Positions 13,180-26,150 of a stretch of 124,000 nucleotides of DNA are shown piece after piece (within the stretch, counting starts at the first letter, position 1; each line of letters begins with the position of its first letter). The translations under genes were made by a program, and so were the position numbers. The DNA is from Wallemia ichthyophaga EXF-994 (taxonomy: Eukaryota > Fungi > Basidiomycota): contig NW_008806283.1 in the NCBI RefSeq assembly GCF_000400465.1, positions 144,001-268,000 of the forward strand, written 5' to 3'. The notes below the pieces were generated by a model. That model had not been told where the DNA came from. It saw nothing but the letters and a program-made list of their open reading frames with translations, and searched no databases.

Positions 13180-13526
13180 GCTTTTTATAAAGTAGCGTGC
13201 TTTTTGGGATAAATTCGCGCTGTCAGTGTTGTAATATCGATCTATGTGATTCAACATCCAGGTGCATATGAGTGCAAAAAAATTATGACCATAAAAGTGT
13301 AAGAGCTGTGTAGCTCTACCATAACGTCACTGTACTGAGATACGTCAGCGAGAAGAAAGAGATAAGATGGGAAGTTATGGTATTGAACAAGAAGGCCTTT
13401 GAGACAAAGCAATGATGCTAACATTATCTGTTTTCTGAAATGGTAGTTCCGCTAGCTAAAAATTCGAATTGTTTAAAATTGAAACGACTTAATACTTATC
13501 GAATTACGATGAATGACCAAAAAGGA

Positions 13527-13607
13527 TGCATTAACCCGGAATTGAACCGGGGGCCGATCGAGCTTGATGAGTGGCAACGATCGAGGTTACCACTACCCCA
13601 TTAATGC
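13527..13607 (-). tRNA. tRNA-Gly(GCC) with ~10 nt intron
   Basis: Reverse complement GCATTAA-TGGGGTAGTGGTAACCTC-GATCG-TTGCCA[ctcatcaagc]T-CGATC-GGC-CCCGGTTCAATTCCGGG-TTAATGC-A; all stems pair, intron follows position 37. Confidence 0.95.
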
Positions 13608-14299
13608 CTATGCGGATAGAGTTTTTCTTATAATATCAAATTGCGGTCGGGACGCAGAGAACAATGAGAAGACCCCAAATTTAAATTATTTAAACAATTT
13701 TTTTTTACTCTTATACAATTTAGACTTAATTCTCTTATTAATCACAGCGCCTTGCCCTTTGTGCAAAGTTTCCACCTCACAAAGATCAAGACGTTTACAG
13801 CTTGATAGAGGGTGTTATTTTACTGTAATACATCTATTATAAACAAAACAATGCTCTTCAATCGAGATTGTCGCAGCATGACGAATCCTTTCAAATTAAA
13901 AGAAAAATTGTATAAACCATATTTTTATACACCTTGACAGCAAATTCTTAAGATCTTTCATCCAAAACACTCAGTTATAAATAGAACTAATTAATACTTT
14001 TCTTTTTCTAATTCTGATTACACGCTAACATTAGGATTTTTCTTGTCGATGCTGTGATTAACACTAATATGAAAGTTTTAAAAACTTAGAATTGTGTTTG
14101 AATAAAGCTGTGCTAATTATTTACGCCGCCTGTTGGGATCTGGCTTTACTGTGCATCGCAATCTGGTATTGGGGGAGTTGATCTGATAAATGCTGACATG
14201 ATAGACCAGTATAGCCATAAAATATATCTAAGAACCTCTCTAATAACGGCATCCGATATAGCTTTTACCGCTCAGCGTCCTAAAATGACTCAGTGGTTC

Positions 14300-15020
14300 T
14301 GACACGTCGAAGGAGTTGCCGTACAAGTCGTTGTAATTCCTGAAAGTTTGAACAGTGAAATGTATCGAGAACTAATATTCCAATGAGAGTTCCAGTATTG
14401 CCTTCCCTTCATTATTTAGTTTTCTCGAATTTTTCTGAGCTGATGCCAAACCCCCGATTTCAGAGTGTGGCTGTCCCCCACTTTTCTAAGTTTAAAACCC
14501 TTCATCAAAGTGTGAAATGAGGCAAAATAGCAAAATTCTTTCCTTGGTGCCAGTTTTGAGTCCTGTAAACGCCACACAAATTTTAACTTTTTCCGAGTTT
14601 GTAGAGCTGAATAACAGAGATTTTTATGTACTTGCGGTATCCACAGGTAAAAATATTAATTTCCATTGATTAAGAGCGTAACATCCTCCAAATATATCCT
14701 ATAGCGTGCTCCAGAGCGATTTCGAGTCACCGCTTCCGATCAGCTTGCAGGACGCAACTTCGAGCACCAGGGATCTAAATATCGCATAATCGTATTATTT
14801 TAAGTCAGAGCTATCAATAAAGCCTTTTTACTTAGAAATCTCAAAAGTCGTAAATCATTTTCTGAGATGATGGGTGGCAGTCGAGAAATCGAAGTTGGTT
14901 GATATTGAATAGAGGGTTGATATTGGGATGTATTTGAAATGCTCTAGTTTATGTCATTTCAAAATTGTTCAAATTATCGGGATATGGAATCCCTAAGTTT
15001 GTAGTCTCACTGACTTGGTT
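14300..15020 (-). pseudogene. Decayed copy A of an unidentified gene family
   Basis: Similar by eye to 63.1-63.95 kb and 82.0-82.9 kb (e.g. atagcgtgctccagagcgatttcg vs cagggtgctctagagcgatgtcgg); minus-strand frame broken by stops and frameshifts; boundaries approximate. Confidence 0.6.
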
Positions 15021-15159
15021 ATTTGCAGGGCGCCTTTGATCTAATTAATAAAAATTCATTGACTCATGTAAAAAGCTAGCTTGAATAGTAGATGATTACT
15101 CAATGTCCCTTACTCTCCCGAAACGGTTCGTAAGTTTCTGTGTTTTACACACCGGCATG

Positions 15160-15593
15160 AAACAGACTATCAGGCTTTAGAACATAAAAGATTAATCAAA
15201 TAAATCATTAAAAATACAATCATAATGGCCTCAGAAAACACTCCAAGTCCCTCACGACAAACCACGTCAAGACATTGAAATCAACGTCGACAATTAGTTC
15301 GCGTGCACGTCATCGAGAGGCTGGCAGCGTGCTACCACCTCAGAGTTCTCGGTGAATAAGGGAAGGAGGTCACTAGTCATCGTCGAGCCAATGATAAAGT
15401 GGCAGAATTAAATCTGCGATAGACTGGATACGACCTATAGAATATGATCCTTTGGAGTACCTGACGTGCTGTGTGAGCATTGCTTCTAATCCACTTTAGT
15501 TGTTCACTAACCGTCTTAAAGTTTTAGGAAGAGAAGAATTACCTCTTTATACCAATCCCGTTAACGTAGATTAACGAAGTTTAACGAGGTGAT
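15160..15593 (+). repeat. ~434 bp non-coding dispersed repeat, copy 1 (inverted relative to 28786-29223)
   Basis: Reverse complement of 28786-29223 apart from about 2 substitutions and small indels at one end. Confidence 0.95.
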
Positions 15594-15667
15594 TATATGC
15601 ATGGAATGTTTAAAATACAAGGATATTTATAAATGGTACACTACTGATTACACTCCTATCAATTATT

Positions 15668-17615
15668 CTATGCGGCAACAACTTGGCCGCCTTCAACAAT
15701 ACCGACTACTTCGGCACCCTCCTCGTTTTCAGGATCACGTCCACCTGGTCCTCTAGATTGCTTGCGTTTGCTAGAAGCACTTCCGACAGATACTCTGCGG
15801 CCGCGACCGTGATGCTCCTCTTCGTCTGGATTCACGACCTCCTCCGCTCCATCAGCGTCCTCCTCCTTCTTCTGAACATCTTCACCTTGAGGCAAGGGTG
15901 TCGGAAGGCGTACTTCTGGCGGAGGACCACTGAGGTCTACGCCTATGAACTTGCCATACTCAATGAGGTCAAACGGTTTTCTATTCTTGAGTGCTTGTGT
16001 GATGAGATCACTATTGTACTTCTCTTCTCTGCTAAACTTTGCTTTAATAACTCTGCGTGTACGACCTTTGAACAACATTGCTATCATTTCAAAGTCAGTG
16101 CCAAATCTACTAAGAGCCTTAGAGCAACGTGAGCGTGAGTGCTGGGTAAAGTCACATACTCACATCGTAGAACATTTCAGTCTCAAGTCTTGTCCATCTG
16201 TCTTGACGACCTCTTCCATTGCCTCTCCACGTATTGGTATTCACAAATCTATCCGTATCGAGTTCCTCGGTAACTTCATACGCCGAAGTGTCGTTACGAG
16301 AATGCGCAGAACGGTCGACAAGCAAAGACTGCTCATCTATAACAAGCTTTCCGTTGACCAATCTCATCTGCGGACCTTGCTGGTCATTTGTCTCGTCATC
16401 TTCATCGTCATCGGAAGAAGACTCATTGTTATCATCGCCATCAACTACTTCCTCCACACCCTCTTCAGCTTTCCTCTGATCTTTAATACGCTTCTTTTCG
16501 GCCTTCTTATCTTCCTTTTTCTTTCGTGTTGTTTCATCTCTCTCCTTCCTCTGCTTCTCTTCATCTTCGACGGTTCGCCTGCGACCTGTACCATCATCAC
16601 CAGCATCTTGTTTCAAATCTTCTTCATTCAATTCTCTCAATCTAACTTTCTCCTCTTTCCGCCTTTTTTTCATTTGTGCGTGTTTCTTTGTGACGTCAAC
16701 AACTCTACTACTCAGTCTGCCCACGCCGGGATCGTGAATGAGATCGGACATTTTGTAAGTACTTGTGTCTATTGGCTGAGCTTCCGGATCATCACGCCAA
16801 ATCTCCTCGATTGGTCTCTTTTTCATTCTCATCTTCTGTGTGCGTAACTGCCTAGCTGATAGCTTTGCATTATTTGCTTTTATCTCGGCTTCTTCAAGTT
16901 GATCGTCCTCCTCGCCATCATTCTTTCTCGTATTAGCGCGAGTTTGATTTTCTTTTTCTATTAAGTTGGTTTCTTGTTGCGATGAAGTGCCTACTTCTAT
17001 TCCTTGAGCTGGAGTTCCTCTGGTTGCTTGAGATGCTCTCGTCTGTAACGGATTTTGAGCAGCTCTGGTGTTAAGGGGAGCGGCTGATGATGTAGGAGTA
17101 ACAACAGCTCGCGTCTGAAGCGGCGTCTGTGATGCTCTTGTATTTAGAGGTTGCTGCGATTTTTCTTCCTGCTGTTGGTGATTGAAACGTTGATTGAAGG
17201 ATAAGGTGGAAGAAGCTCTTGATGGCAAGATTGGAGTTGGACCTTGCTTTTGCTGTGATGGTTGGGGTTGCTGGGATGATTGAGGGAGTTGAGGCTGTTG
17301 GATTGGTGCTGGTGTAGGTAAACCAGTAGCCTGCTCAGACTGCTGAGACCGCTGAGATTGCTGGGATTGCTGAGGTTGTTGGATTTGCTGTGTGGGAGCA
17401 GGTGTAGCAATTCCAGTGTTAATTTCCTGGCTTTCCCCAATCTGCTCAATCGCCGGAGTTGGCTGAGATAATTCGATATTCTCATTGGAACCTTGTTGGT
17501 GAATAGACTGAGGAGCGTCTTGCGTGGCTGGTGGAGTTGGAAGTGGGTGATCAGCATCTGTCTCTGTCTCTTTCTGCTTGGGCTTTCCAGGTGGTTTCCT
17601 AGCCTTGTTGTTCAA
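15668..17615 (-). CDS. BDP1: TFIIIB subunit Bdp1 (Myb/SANT-like domain)
   Basis: MSDLIHD.GVGR.S and IDEQSLLVDR...RWTRLETEMFYD / MIAMLFKGRTRRVIKAKFSREEK; one intron. Confidence 0.9.
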
Positions 17616-17763
17616 TTTTGGTGGTATTTTAAGGCCACCCTTCTCTATAAAGCCAGATTAAACAGCTAATCAAATAACAAAACACACTCACTGATTCTAC
17701 CGCTCATTTAACTTGATAATTTGAAACCAAGATCGTCATCTTCACTTACTATCAACTCTAATT

Positions 17764-19408
17764 ATGATGAAAATTGTCAAATCGGCTAGTCGGGGGAATT
17801 TACAGCTTGGGTTAAGATTCATGAGCTCATCAATCCCCCACCAACGCCCAGATGCTCCTTCTTTCCCTTGCGTGGATGCGAATGAATCAAGAGCAGCAAA
17901 GCTGGCGACACAGGCGAATAAGCTTACATTCATCAAACAAAACAATCAAAATCAGGTTAAAATTGAAGACGTTGAGGGTGAGGGCCCAGAGCCCGTATAT
18001 GCAACTCCCACTCCAGCAACTTATCAGTCTTTCACTTCACACTATCCTTTACTCTTGGATTATGGCGGTGTACTCCCTAATTTCGATATCGCTTACGAAA
18101 CTTGGGGTTCTCTCAATCAAGACAAATCAAACGCTATTCTCCTACACACGGGTTTGAGTGCGTCATCACACGCCAAGTCTCATCCAGGCAATGATACTCC
18201 TGGCTGGTGGGAAAGATTCATCGGTCCTGGCTCAGATTATGCCATTGATACTGAAAAATTCTTTGTTATCTGTACCAACGTCCTCGGTGGTTGTTATGGT
18301 TCCACTGGTCCTTCTTCTCCCCACCCAGAAGATAGTAAACCTTATGGTACAAGATTCCCTATAATTACTCAATTTGATATGGTCAGGGCTCAGTGGAGAT
18401 TGATCGATAGCCTCGGTATTCACAAACTTTACGCTTCAGCCGGTTGTTCTATGGGTGGTATGCAGTCTATCGCTGCTGCACATCTTGAACCTGAACGTGT
18501 TCGCTCGATTATATCTATCTCCGGCACTGCTCGATCAGGTTCAACCGCTGTAGCCATGAGATTCGCTCAGAGAAGTTGTTTAATGTCTGATCCAAATTGG
18601 AATAGAGGTTTTTATTACGATGGTATGCCTCCACACACAGGCATGAAGATGGCTAGACAAATCGCCACTATCACTTACAGATCTGGACCTGAGTGGGAAC
18701 AAAGATTCAGCAGAAAGAGGAGAGTCACTCCCTTGTCAGATGATGAGATGGCTACGAATGTAAACAATCCAGGAGATGCACCTAAACTGTGCCCAGATTT
18801 TCTTATCGAAACATACCTTGATCATCAAGTTAGTCGGACTTTATCTATTGTGGAGTATGTCTGACACGTCTACAGGGAGAACAATTCTGTTTGAAATACG
18901 ATGCCAACTCATTGATATACGTTTCCAAAGCAATGGATTTGTTCGATATGACCAAACCAGCCCTGATGGACATCGATCAACACCGCAAGAGAAATGAGAA
19001 CAAGGTTAATAAGGAACTGCTTGGATCAAAAACATCGCACTCAATGGAACCGCCCTCACTTGATAGTGTGCAGGTCAACAATCGCAAACCATACATTTCA
19101 ACAGCCCCAGCAGTGCCATACGCTCAAGAGTTGACTGAGGGTTTAACAAGACTATCAAAGATACCAGTATTGATTATAGGGGTGCACAGTGATATACTAT
19201 TCCCATTTGATCAGCAAAGAGAGTTGGCTGATAGCTTGAGAAAGGGAGGTGATCCTGAGCGCGTGAAATTCTTCGCACTAGATGGACCGTGGGGACACGA
19301 TACTTTCTTGTGAGGTTGAAACAGTCTTAAGAATTTCAATACTAACAATAAACAAACAGGATTGATACATCCAATGTTGGTGGTGCAATTAGAGGATTCT
19401 TGATTTGA
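17764..19408 (+). CDS. MetX-family homoserine/serine O-acyltransferase (likely serine O-succinyltransferase, CysA/Cys2 type), probably mitochondrial
   Basis: [15 protein letters not shown], nucleophile motif GCSMGG, GHDTFL catalytic His; two introns; presequence-like N-terminus. Confidence 0.85.
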
Positions 19409-19440
19409 GGATATCGTATTTTGTTGTAATTCTTTTGTGA

Positions 19441-19953
19441 TCAAAGGCCAGAGTTTGCAAATAGTGATGACAGCTCATCAATCTCACTCGACAGCTGTTT
19501 GATGGTGCTATCTTGCGGCCATTTAGCAACTAAATCATTTACATAGAGTTGTTCCATGTTGTATTCATCAATTAAGTCGCGTTTCTGAGTCAAATTAGCG
19601 CTGGATTTTAGTGGCTCACTCGCGCTTACCTCTAAATGTGTCTCCTGGTACCTACCAAACTCTTGAGACAATTTGTCGAGATGAGGACCAGCGTCTAATA
19701 CGAAGAACAAGTCCATCATTTTTTGAATAAGGTTGTCATTCTGTACGAGAACATCTTGTATACGCGGAATTGTATTATCTATTTCCGTTTTTAGTTGCAT
19801 TGCTGCTGACCCAAACTGAGTCTCCTCAAACGAGCCTGCATAGTCCTGCAAAGATCCAATCTGATCGATAAGGTTTTTGATGGCGGTAATTTGCACGCTA
19901 ACATTCTCGTCGTTTCTGTCTATTTGTTTGACTATGTTATGTAATTTGTCCAT
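19441..19953 (-). CDS. Hypothetical helical protein; probable extra 5' exon to ~20130
   Basis: 170 aa ORF with protein-like composition filling the gap between two genes; no motif recognised. Confidence 0.55.
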   Translation of the reverse strand: MDKLHNIVKQIDRNDENVSVQITAIKNLIDQIGSLQDYAGSFEETQFGSAAMQLKTEIDNTIPRIQDVLVQNDNLIQKMMDLFFVLDAGPHLDKLSQEFGRYQETHLEVSASEPLKSSANLTQKRDLIDEYNMEQLYVNDLVAKWPQDSTIKQLSSEIDELSSLFANSGL

Positions 19954-20413
19954 TGGCAGTGATTGTTGTTGTTTAAAAGGGTTTATTACGGGAATGATTT
20001 GTAGCTTGTAGCCTGAAATTCAAATGAGCCATTCCTAGCTGTGCTTCCAGTGCTATCGACGTGATTAAAGTTTGGCGGTTCATAAGATTCAGCGGTACAT
20101 GTGTTGGTGGATATATCGGAATATTCCATAAAATTACTTTAGGTCCTTTTTGGCGCACAACTTGTTTTGGTCTGTGCGCTTGGTGCCACTCACAAATATC
20201 CCCTTAAAGAGAAGCTCAGCCGAGCAGCACAACCGCCGCTTAAATGCACTAGTCTGCTAATGTCCTTTGTAGGTATCTCTGATAGACCCTAACCGCTCCC
20301 ATAAACTTGTATTAACCCTAACCCAAAATGGAAATTCAATGAAATCACTCTTGATTCGTATCGGCCAACTCGTTCTAGCGGCGATCCAGATCAAGGGCAG
20401 TGTATTTTCAAGT

Positions 20414-23132
20414 ATGACAGACCTTAAGCTTATCCTACAAGTCTATTTTATCGGCGGTATTACTTTCATTCCGCTATTGTTGGTGCTATCCATTTCGGCG
20501 TTCATCATACTTGCCCCGAGAGCGAGTAAAGACCAAGCCAAGGAAAAGCCTAAAGTTTTAAAGCAGCCACTACAAGATTCTAAAGTCACCAAGTCTGGCT
20601 GGTTGCATTTAAAGCGTGACTTTGAACTAGATCCGACACTATCTGTAGACGAATCCTATGCCTCAATGATTATTGCGGGGTACAAATCTCTAGTAGAGAA
20701 CAAAGATGTACAGCACCGCCCTAAACCAAAAGCAAGATACATCTTCTGGGCAGTTCTCAAATCTCGCACTTTATACATATATACCGATGACAGTTGTGAT
20801 GAGATTGTCGTCGCACTAAATTTGGATTCCATCGATGTCAGCATTTATCCACCTGGATTGCTTGATGCGGAGTTGTTCACTAAGCGCACTGCCATCAAGC
20901 TACAAATAGATTCTAGTCACGGCGTTTCGAATGACTATATGGACAAGGAGAATAATAAGGATAAGGACAAGGATAGCAGTAATAGTGAGATTGATGATAC
21001 TTTGGACGTCACAAACAAATCCAAGCCTTACTTCATCCATGCCTTGAATCTCGTTGATTTCGAAGGTAAGTTTAGTATCAATGTCTATGAAGTCATCGTC
21101 TAACAAAATGTTTCAGACTGGTACCATGAGTTTATACAGGCTTCAGATCCAGCGAGCAATCCATACTCGGAACCGTACCCCTCATTTATCATCGACGATA
21201 TGAAAAGATTGGTTAGTAATATCGATAACGATCCAGATCCAATTCCCACCCGTTGGTTGAACGCCTTATTGGGCAGATATTTCTTTGGTATTTATCGTAC
21301 GCAATGGATAGAGGATTGGATTATCGGTCGTATCATGAAAAAGCTGAAGGTGGTCAAAAGACCAAAGTTTTTGTCAAATATTACGGTCACCGAAGCTAAT
21401 TTGGGTGATATGCCACCGAAATTCTCCAAACCGGTACTGAAGGAGTTGACTAAAGAGGGCGATGCTTCAGTTGAAGTACATGTGTCATTCAAAGGCTGTG
21501 TTAAGATTACACTGACCGCTACAGCTTCAATCAACTTAGGTAATAGGCTAAAGTCATACTCTGTCGATCTGGTTCTAGCTGTGGTATTAAGAAGTTTGGA
21601 AGGAAACATGATTATAAAGATGAAGAAGCCTCCATCGAATAGAATTTGGTATGGCTTTACGACTATGCCAGAAATGGAATTAGATGTCGAACCTGTCGTT
21701 GAAGATAGAAAGGTCAAATGGAATATGGTGCTATCTACAATAAAGGACAAATTAAGAGAGATGGTCAGTAAGATGAATAGTACTACTTTCAATCAGCTGA
21801 CACAACATTTAGATACAAGAAGGTTTGGTGATGCCAGCAATGGATGATATCGCATTTTTCGATACAAGCAATGAGATACACAGGGGTGGTATCTTCTCTG
21901 AAGCGACTAGAAGAGAAGGCACGAAATTTCCGCAAAATCGACCAGAATCAATCAAGCAACGTGATCAAGAAATACTGGAACACAGTGATAAGAAAGAATC
22001 AATTGCACCTACATCACTTGATGGAACAGATTTGCCTTCAGGACTGCCCGGTATAGACTTGACGACGTATGAAAAAGATGAGAGCGACGCTAATAATAGA
22101 GATGGGAACGTACTTGATTCGCAAACATCTTTAGCACCAGCACCAGCATCAGCGTTGGCGTCGTCATCGGCTTCTGTTGGGAGCACATCATCCAAGACCA
22201 AGTCATGGTTCAGTGAGAAGTTTAATAAAGATAGCTGGCTAGAGCATTTGAAGAGCCACAATACAAATCATCAAAACTCTTCGCTAGCTGACGGATCTGC
22301 TTCATTGGTCGGTAAGCATTTGAAGAAGAAAGAGAGTGGTGATGTCAGTGTTACCCACAGTGAAGCAGCTGTGTCTCCAATGAAAAGCGAAGAGGATGAG
22401 GAGACTGGCGAAAAGCTTTCGGTGAAAAGCGACAATAACGCAGCTATACCAATATCATCTTCATCTTCAAGTTCAATTTCAGTGTCATCAAAGGGGAGTA
22501 CGTATACAAACACACCATCATCTGCAATAGAAGCGCTGAAATCATCACCTAAACTGAATCACGCTAAAGATGCATTGAAGAAAATAAGTAAGAAAAAAAA
22601 GAGTCATGGTAGTGAAGGGTCGTTGAAGAAGAAGGCGAAGGATCAGAAGGCAAAGGGAAAAGATAATGAGGTACCTTTAATGAAACCAGCGGAGAAATTG
22701 AATGAAAGAATGCATATATCACGCAGTCAACCAACAGTTGAGTTGAATCTGTCTAATGAAACGAATGATAATGAAATTAATGAGAGTAGAAGAAGATCAT
22801 CAGTAACGACACCACCGAAAGCTTCACCAATGATGTCAATACCTGGTATACCAAGTGAACGGAAAGGACAGAGTAGCTCATCGCGTTCGATAGATTCACC
22901 ATCGGGATCGCTTGATAAAGTAGTTTCAGAGTCGAATGATCGTAGACAAGGGACTCACAGAATGACATCAAGCATTAGTAGTAATAATTCAACGTATGAG
23001 AATGCAACTGCTAGTATGTCTAGTTCACCTAACAGCAACAGGAGCAGTAGATCAGAGCAGTTGTTGAGTAGAATAAAATCAAAAGATAAAGCTAGCAGGA
23101 GTAATGATGATGTTAACAAAGAGGATTATTAG
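20414..23132 (+). CDS. NVJ2: PH-SMP domain membrane contact-site lipid-transfer protein (Nvj2/TEX2 family)
   Basis: N-terminal TM, PH-like domain, SMP signature WLNALLGRYFF...KPPSNRIWYGFTTMPEMELDVEPVV; introns. Confidence 0.85.
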
Positions 23133-23155
23133 TTGTACAAGTAATGAAACAAAGA

Positions 23156-23710
23156 TTAAGTATGTTTCTTGGATTTCTTCGACTTCGGTGGTTGAGATGT
23201 ATTTAATGAAGTTGAGGAATTTGATGAAGGAGGTTTTTCTTGATGAGAATCTGAAGAGCGTTTCTTGCTCTTTTTGTCTGATCTGAATTTTCTGTCATTA
23301 GAAGTCTTCTTTTCGGAATGATCGTTATCGAATCTTAAATGCTGAGATTGTTGGGGTTGCTCAGTGGACTTCTGTTGAAGCTGTAAAGCAGCTTTAATGA
23401 ATCTATCAGCAGCAGGCTTATCAACATTCAACTTGTGTTGAGGTTCCTGTGCGTGCTTAATCTTTGAGAATTGCAATTTAATTCTATTAAGTTCATTTGC
23501 GATAGAATGATCTGTTGTATCCACGCCTTTCAGATTTAGTAAAATATAAACAAGATCCTGTATAAAATATGCCAAATTAGCCTGTAATTCTGATTGTTTG
23601 ATAGTATCTAATTCTCCCAGGTATTCATCTAAGCTCTTGTCGCCTGTAATTGATTTCAAAATTTTATTAAATTCATTTAATTTTAAGGTGAACTCATTAT
23701 ACAGGTCCAT
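23156..23710 (-). CDS. LRP1: Exosome cofactor Rrp47/C1D (Sas10/C1D family)
   Basis: LAYFIQDLVYILLNLKGVDTTDHSIANELNRIKLQFSKIK and LNVDKPAADRFIKAAL. Confidence 0.85.
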   Translation of the reverse strand: MDLYNEFTLKLNEFNKILKSITGDKSLDEYLGELDTIKQSELQANLAYFIQDLVYILLNLKGVDTTDHSIANELNRIKLQFSKIKHAQEPQHKLNVDKPAADRFIKAALQLQQKSTEQPQQSQHLRFDNDHSEKKTSNDRKFRSDKKSKKRSSDSHQEKPPSSNSSTSLNTSQPPKSKKSKKHT

Positions 23711-23734
23711 ATTGGATCAACGACGACGTTATCT

Positions 23735-24149
23735 ATGGTGTGTCAATGAGTTATCATTGAATATTTTAAATTCTAATAATTTAGTCCGAAAATCTTAATT
23801 ATATTCAAAATCAACAATTAGAGAGATTACACGCAAGATATACAGGTACTGGTAATCCTGATATATCCAAACAGTGAGCACATCTAACTTGTTATTATGA
23901 ATAATCCTAACCAATAAAATTCAGCGAATGGGTCACAAACCAACAAAGAGATACATTTGCTAGCATCGTCGGTCATCCACCTCTATCCTCGTATATGTCC
24001 ATAGCAGATGGTGAATCAATATCACGTACAAAGTTTAAAATGATACAGGTGAGTAAAATTCCATATAAACTCTTAGTAAATATAACTCAATGTACATGTA
24101 TTAGTCTATGATATCCCCAGCTGGTCCACCACCTCATAAGGATGATTAG
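23735..24149 (+). CDS. SF3B5: Splicing factor SF3B subunit 5 (SF3b10/Ysf3), 4 exons, absent from ORF track
   Basis: Manual splice gives M-SENLNYIQNQQLERLHARYTGTGNPDISKHEWVTNQQRDTFASIVGHPPLSSYMSIADGESISRTKFKMIQSMISPAGPPPHKDD. Confidence 0.9.
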
Positions 24150-24316
24150 ATTTTCTATCAAGATGATATTCAACTATAAATTAACAACCCACCTGTATTT
24201 TAATAAATTTCCTCTACATTTACCAATTTCGTTAAATTTTACTTGAGTTACTATACGCGTCTCACTGCGCGCGTTACTGTCTTCAACTTATATCATCATC
24301 TCTGTTGAAATAAAAA

Positions 24317-26066
24317 ATGGCAACGACCTCGAGAAGGCAGAGCCCAAGACTGTCAACTGGCTTGTCGAATAACTTATCCAAGCAATCCTCTTACACCTTC
24401 TTAATGCCCTCGTTAGAAGACGATGAAGTAGATGTTCCACCTCCATCAGCTCCTTTACCATCACGCAGAAATACAAGGCAGAATAGCAGCTCTGATCTTG
24501 ACAGTAGAAAGAAGCCTAGGATTGATGTACGTCTCTTGATATCTCTCCAGTCTTCGTCTAACTTGATATCGCTAGCAGCCTTCACAATCCCAACCTCTAC
24601 CTTCAGATCAAAAAGCTCACAAATCTCCGCGATCGTCTAAAGATGACTTTAATTCCAAACAACTCAAGTCGAATCATCATGATAACCGCAAACTCCAACC
24701 TCATCAAAAAGATAGGCTAAAAGAAAAGGAAAGAGATAAGGAGAAGAAGGATGTTCAGGAAAGAAAAGATGCAAAAGATAAAGATAAAGCTAAGAGGCTT
24801 CAACTTCAACAGGATAAACCTACTCAGCGTAAAGATAATCAACTCAGTATTAAAGATCAAGGTCCTACAAAGATACCTAGGCCTTTTAAAATTCCTGAAA
24901 CTGCTACAAATAACGTATCATCCACTCCAATGAAAGCTCCTCAGCCTCAAATATCAAAACATGTCGATATCTCTGCACCTATGCCAGTCGCCGAAACTCC
25001 TCAAATAAAAGCAAATAAAGATTTGAGAAAAAGTAGGCGGTCTTCTGTAGGCAATAGAGGAAAGCGATCATCATCTTGGTCTAGATCAGGTATCATCGTA
25101 CCACCACACCCTGATCTCAACTCCACAGAGTTCTGTAGGCATATAGACGAAGATTTACCCGATCCAAGGAGGTTCAAGATTCTTTTTGAATGGTGCAGGT
25201 TTAGAGCATGTAATCCAGATGTCGTTAAACCTAGAAGATCAAAAAGAGTTGAAGAGAGTGAACTCAAAGAGCAAAAGCTTTTACTAGATGCAATAAACAA
25301 TAAAAAGGTTGTCAGCTTAGCACAAAATGTTGTCGATGATTGGGTAAAGTCGTTGTCTATCAATGCTCCACCTTGGATGCCACCAAAGAGCAACAAACAG
25401 AGGCAGAAAGCTAAAAATCCCGAAAATGAGAAGTACAAGGAGCTAATAAGGAAGTCTCAAGAAACTCTAGCAAAGTTAAAACTAGAGGATGAAACTTGGT
25501 CGAGGTTGCGATCAGATGCTAGGAAAGCTGAACAAGAATCTGTAGATGTATACAACAATCACTCGTCTTTGACAGAGATGAATCAAGACAATGACTTGGA
25601 GCTAGATCAATTACCTGAAGCTGTTCAATCTGATATTCGAGGTATACTCGACAAGTCAACGTCCGACAAAGAAACCATTGATCAGAACAACACGATTAGC
25701 AACCTCAATTATACAATATCAGAATTAGATCAAGTTTACCATCAGTCCTCATCATATCTAGAAACCTCGGAGATATATACAAACAACGTGATGACACATT
25801 ACCTAGGATTACTGAGATCTCGTCTTTCTCTAAACAAGAATGATGATCAAAATGACAACAAATCAGATCAAGAAAAGACGTTACCATCAACTTTAAATTT
25901 GGCAGCAAGCAACAATAATAACAAATACCAAGAAATTGATGCCTTGCCATTGCTCCGAGCAATTTCTAGGCCAATCCAAGAACAACCCAAGACAAACAGC
26001 AATATCAATGAAGATGAAGATGACCGTGCTGGTGAAATCAGTCTATTTTGGAGTAGAAAGGTTTAA
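24317..26066 (+). CDS. DSN1: Kinetochore MIS12/MIND complex subunit Dsn1/Mis13
   Basis: SRRSSVGNRGKRSSS then PHPDLNSTEFCRHIDEDLPDPRRFKILFEWC; NPENEK coiled coil; introns. Confidence 0.8.
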
Positions 26067-26150
26067 TAATTCCGTTCATTAATATTTTTACACTTGTACA
26101 ATTTATAATATACAGTAGAAACATTATTATGCGTGTCTTAAGTTTGATAA

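Noticed and set aside
15160-15593. 434 bp repeat as a solo LTR or MITE
   Set aside because: No TG..CA termini, terminal inverted repeats or target-site duplication visible at either copy; left unclassified
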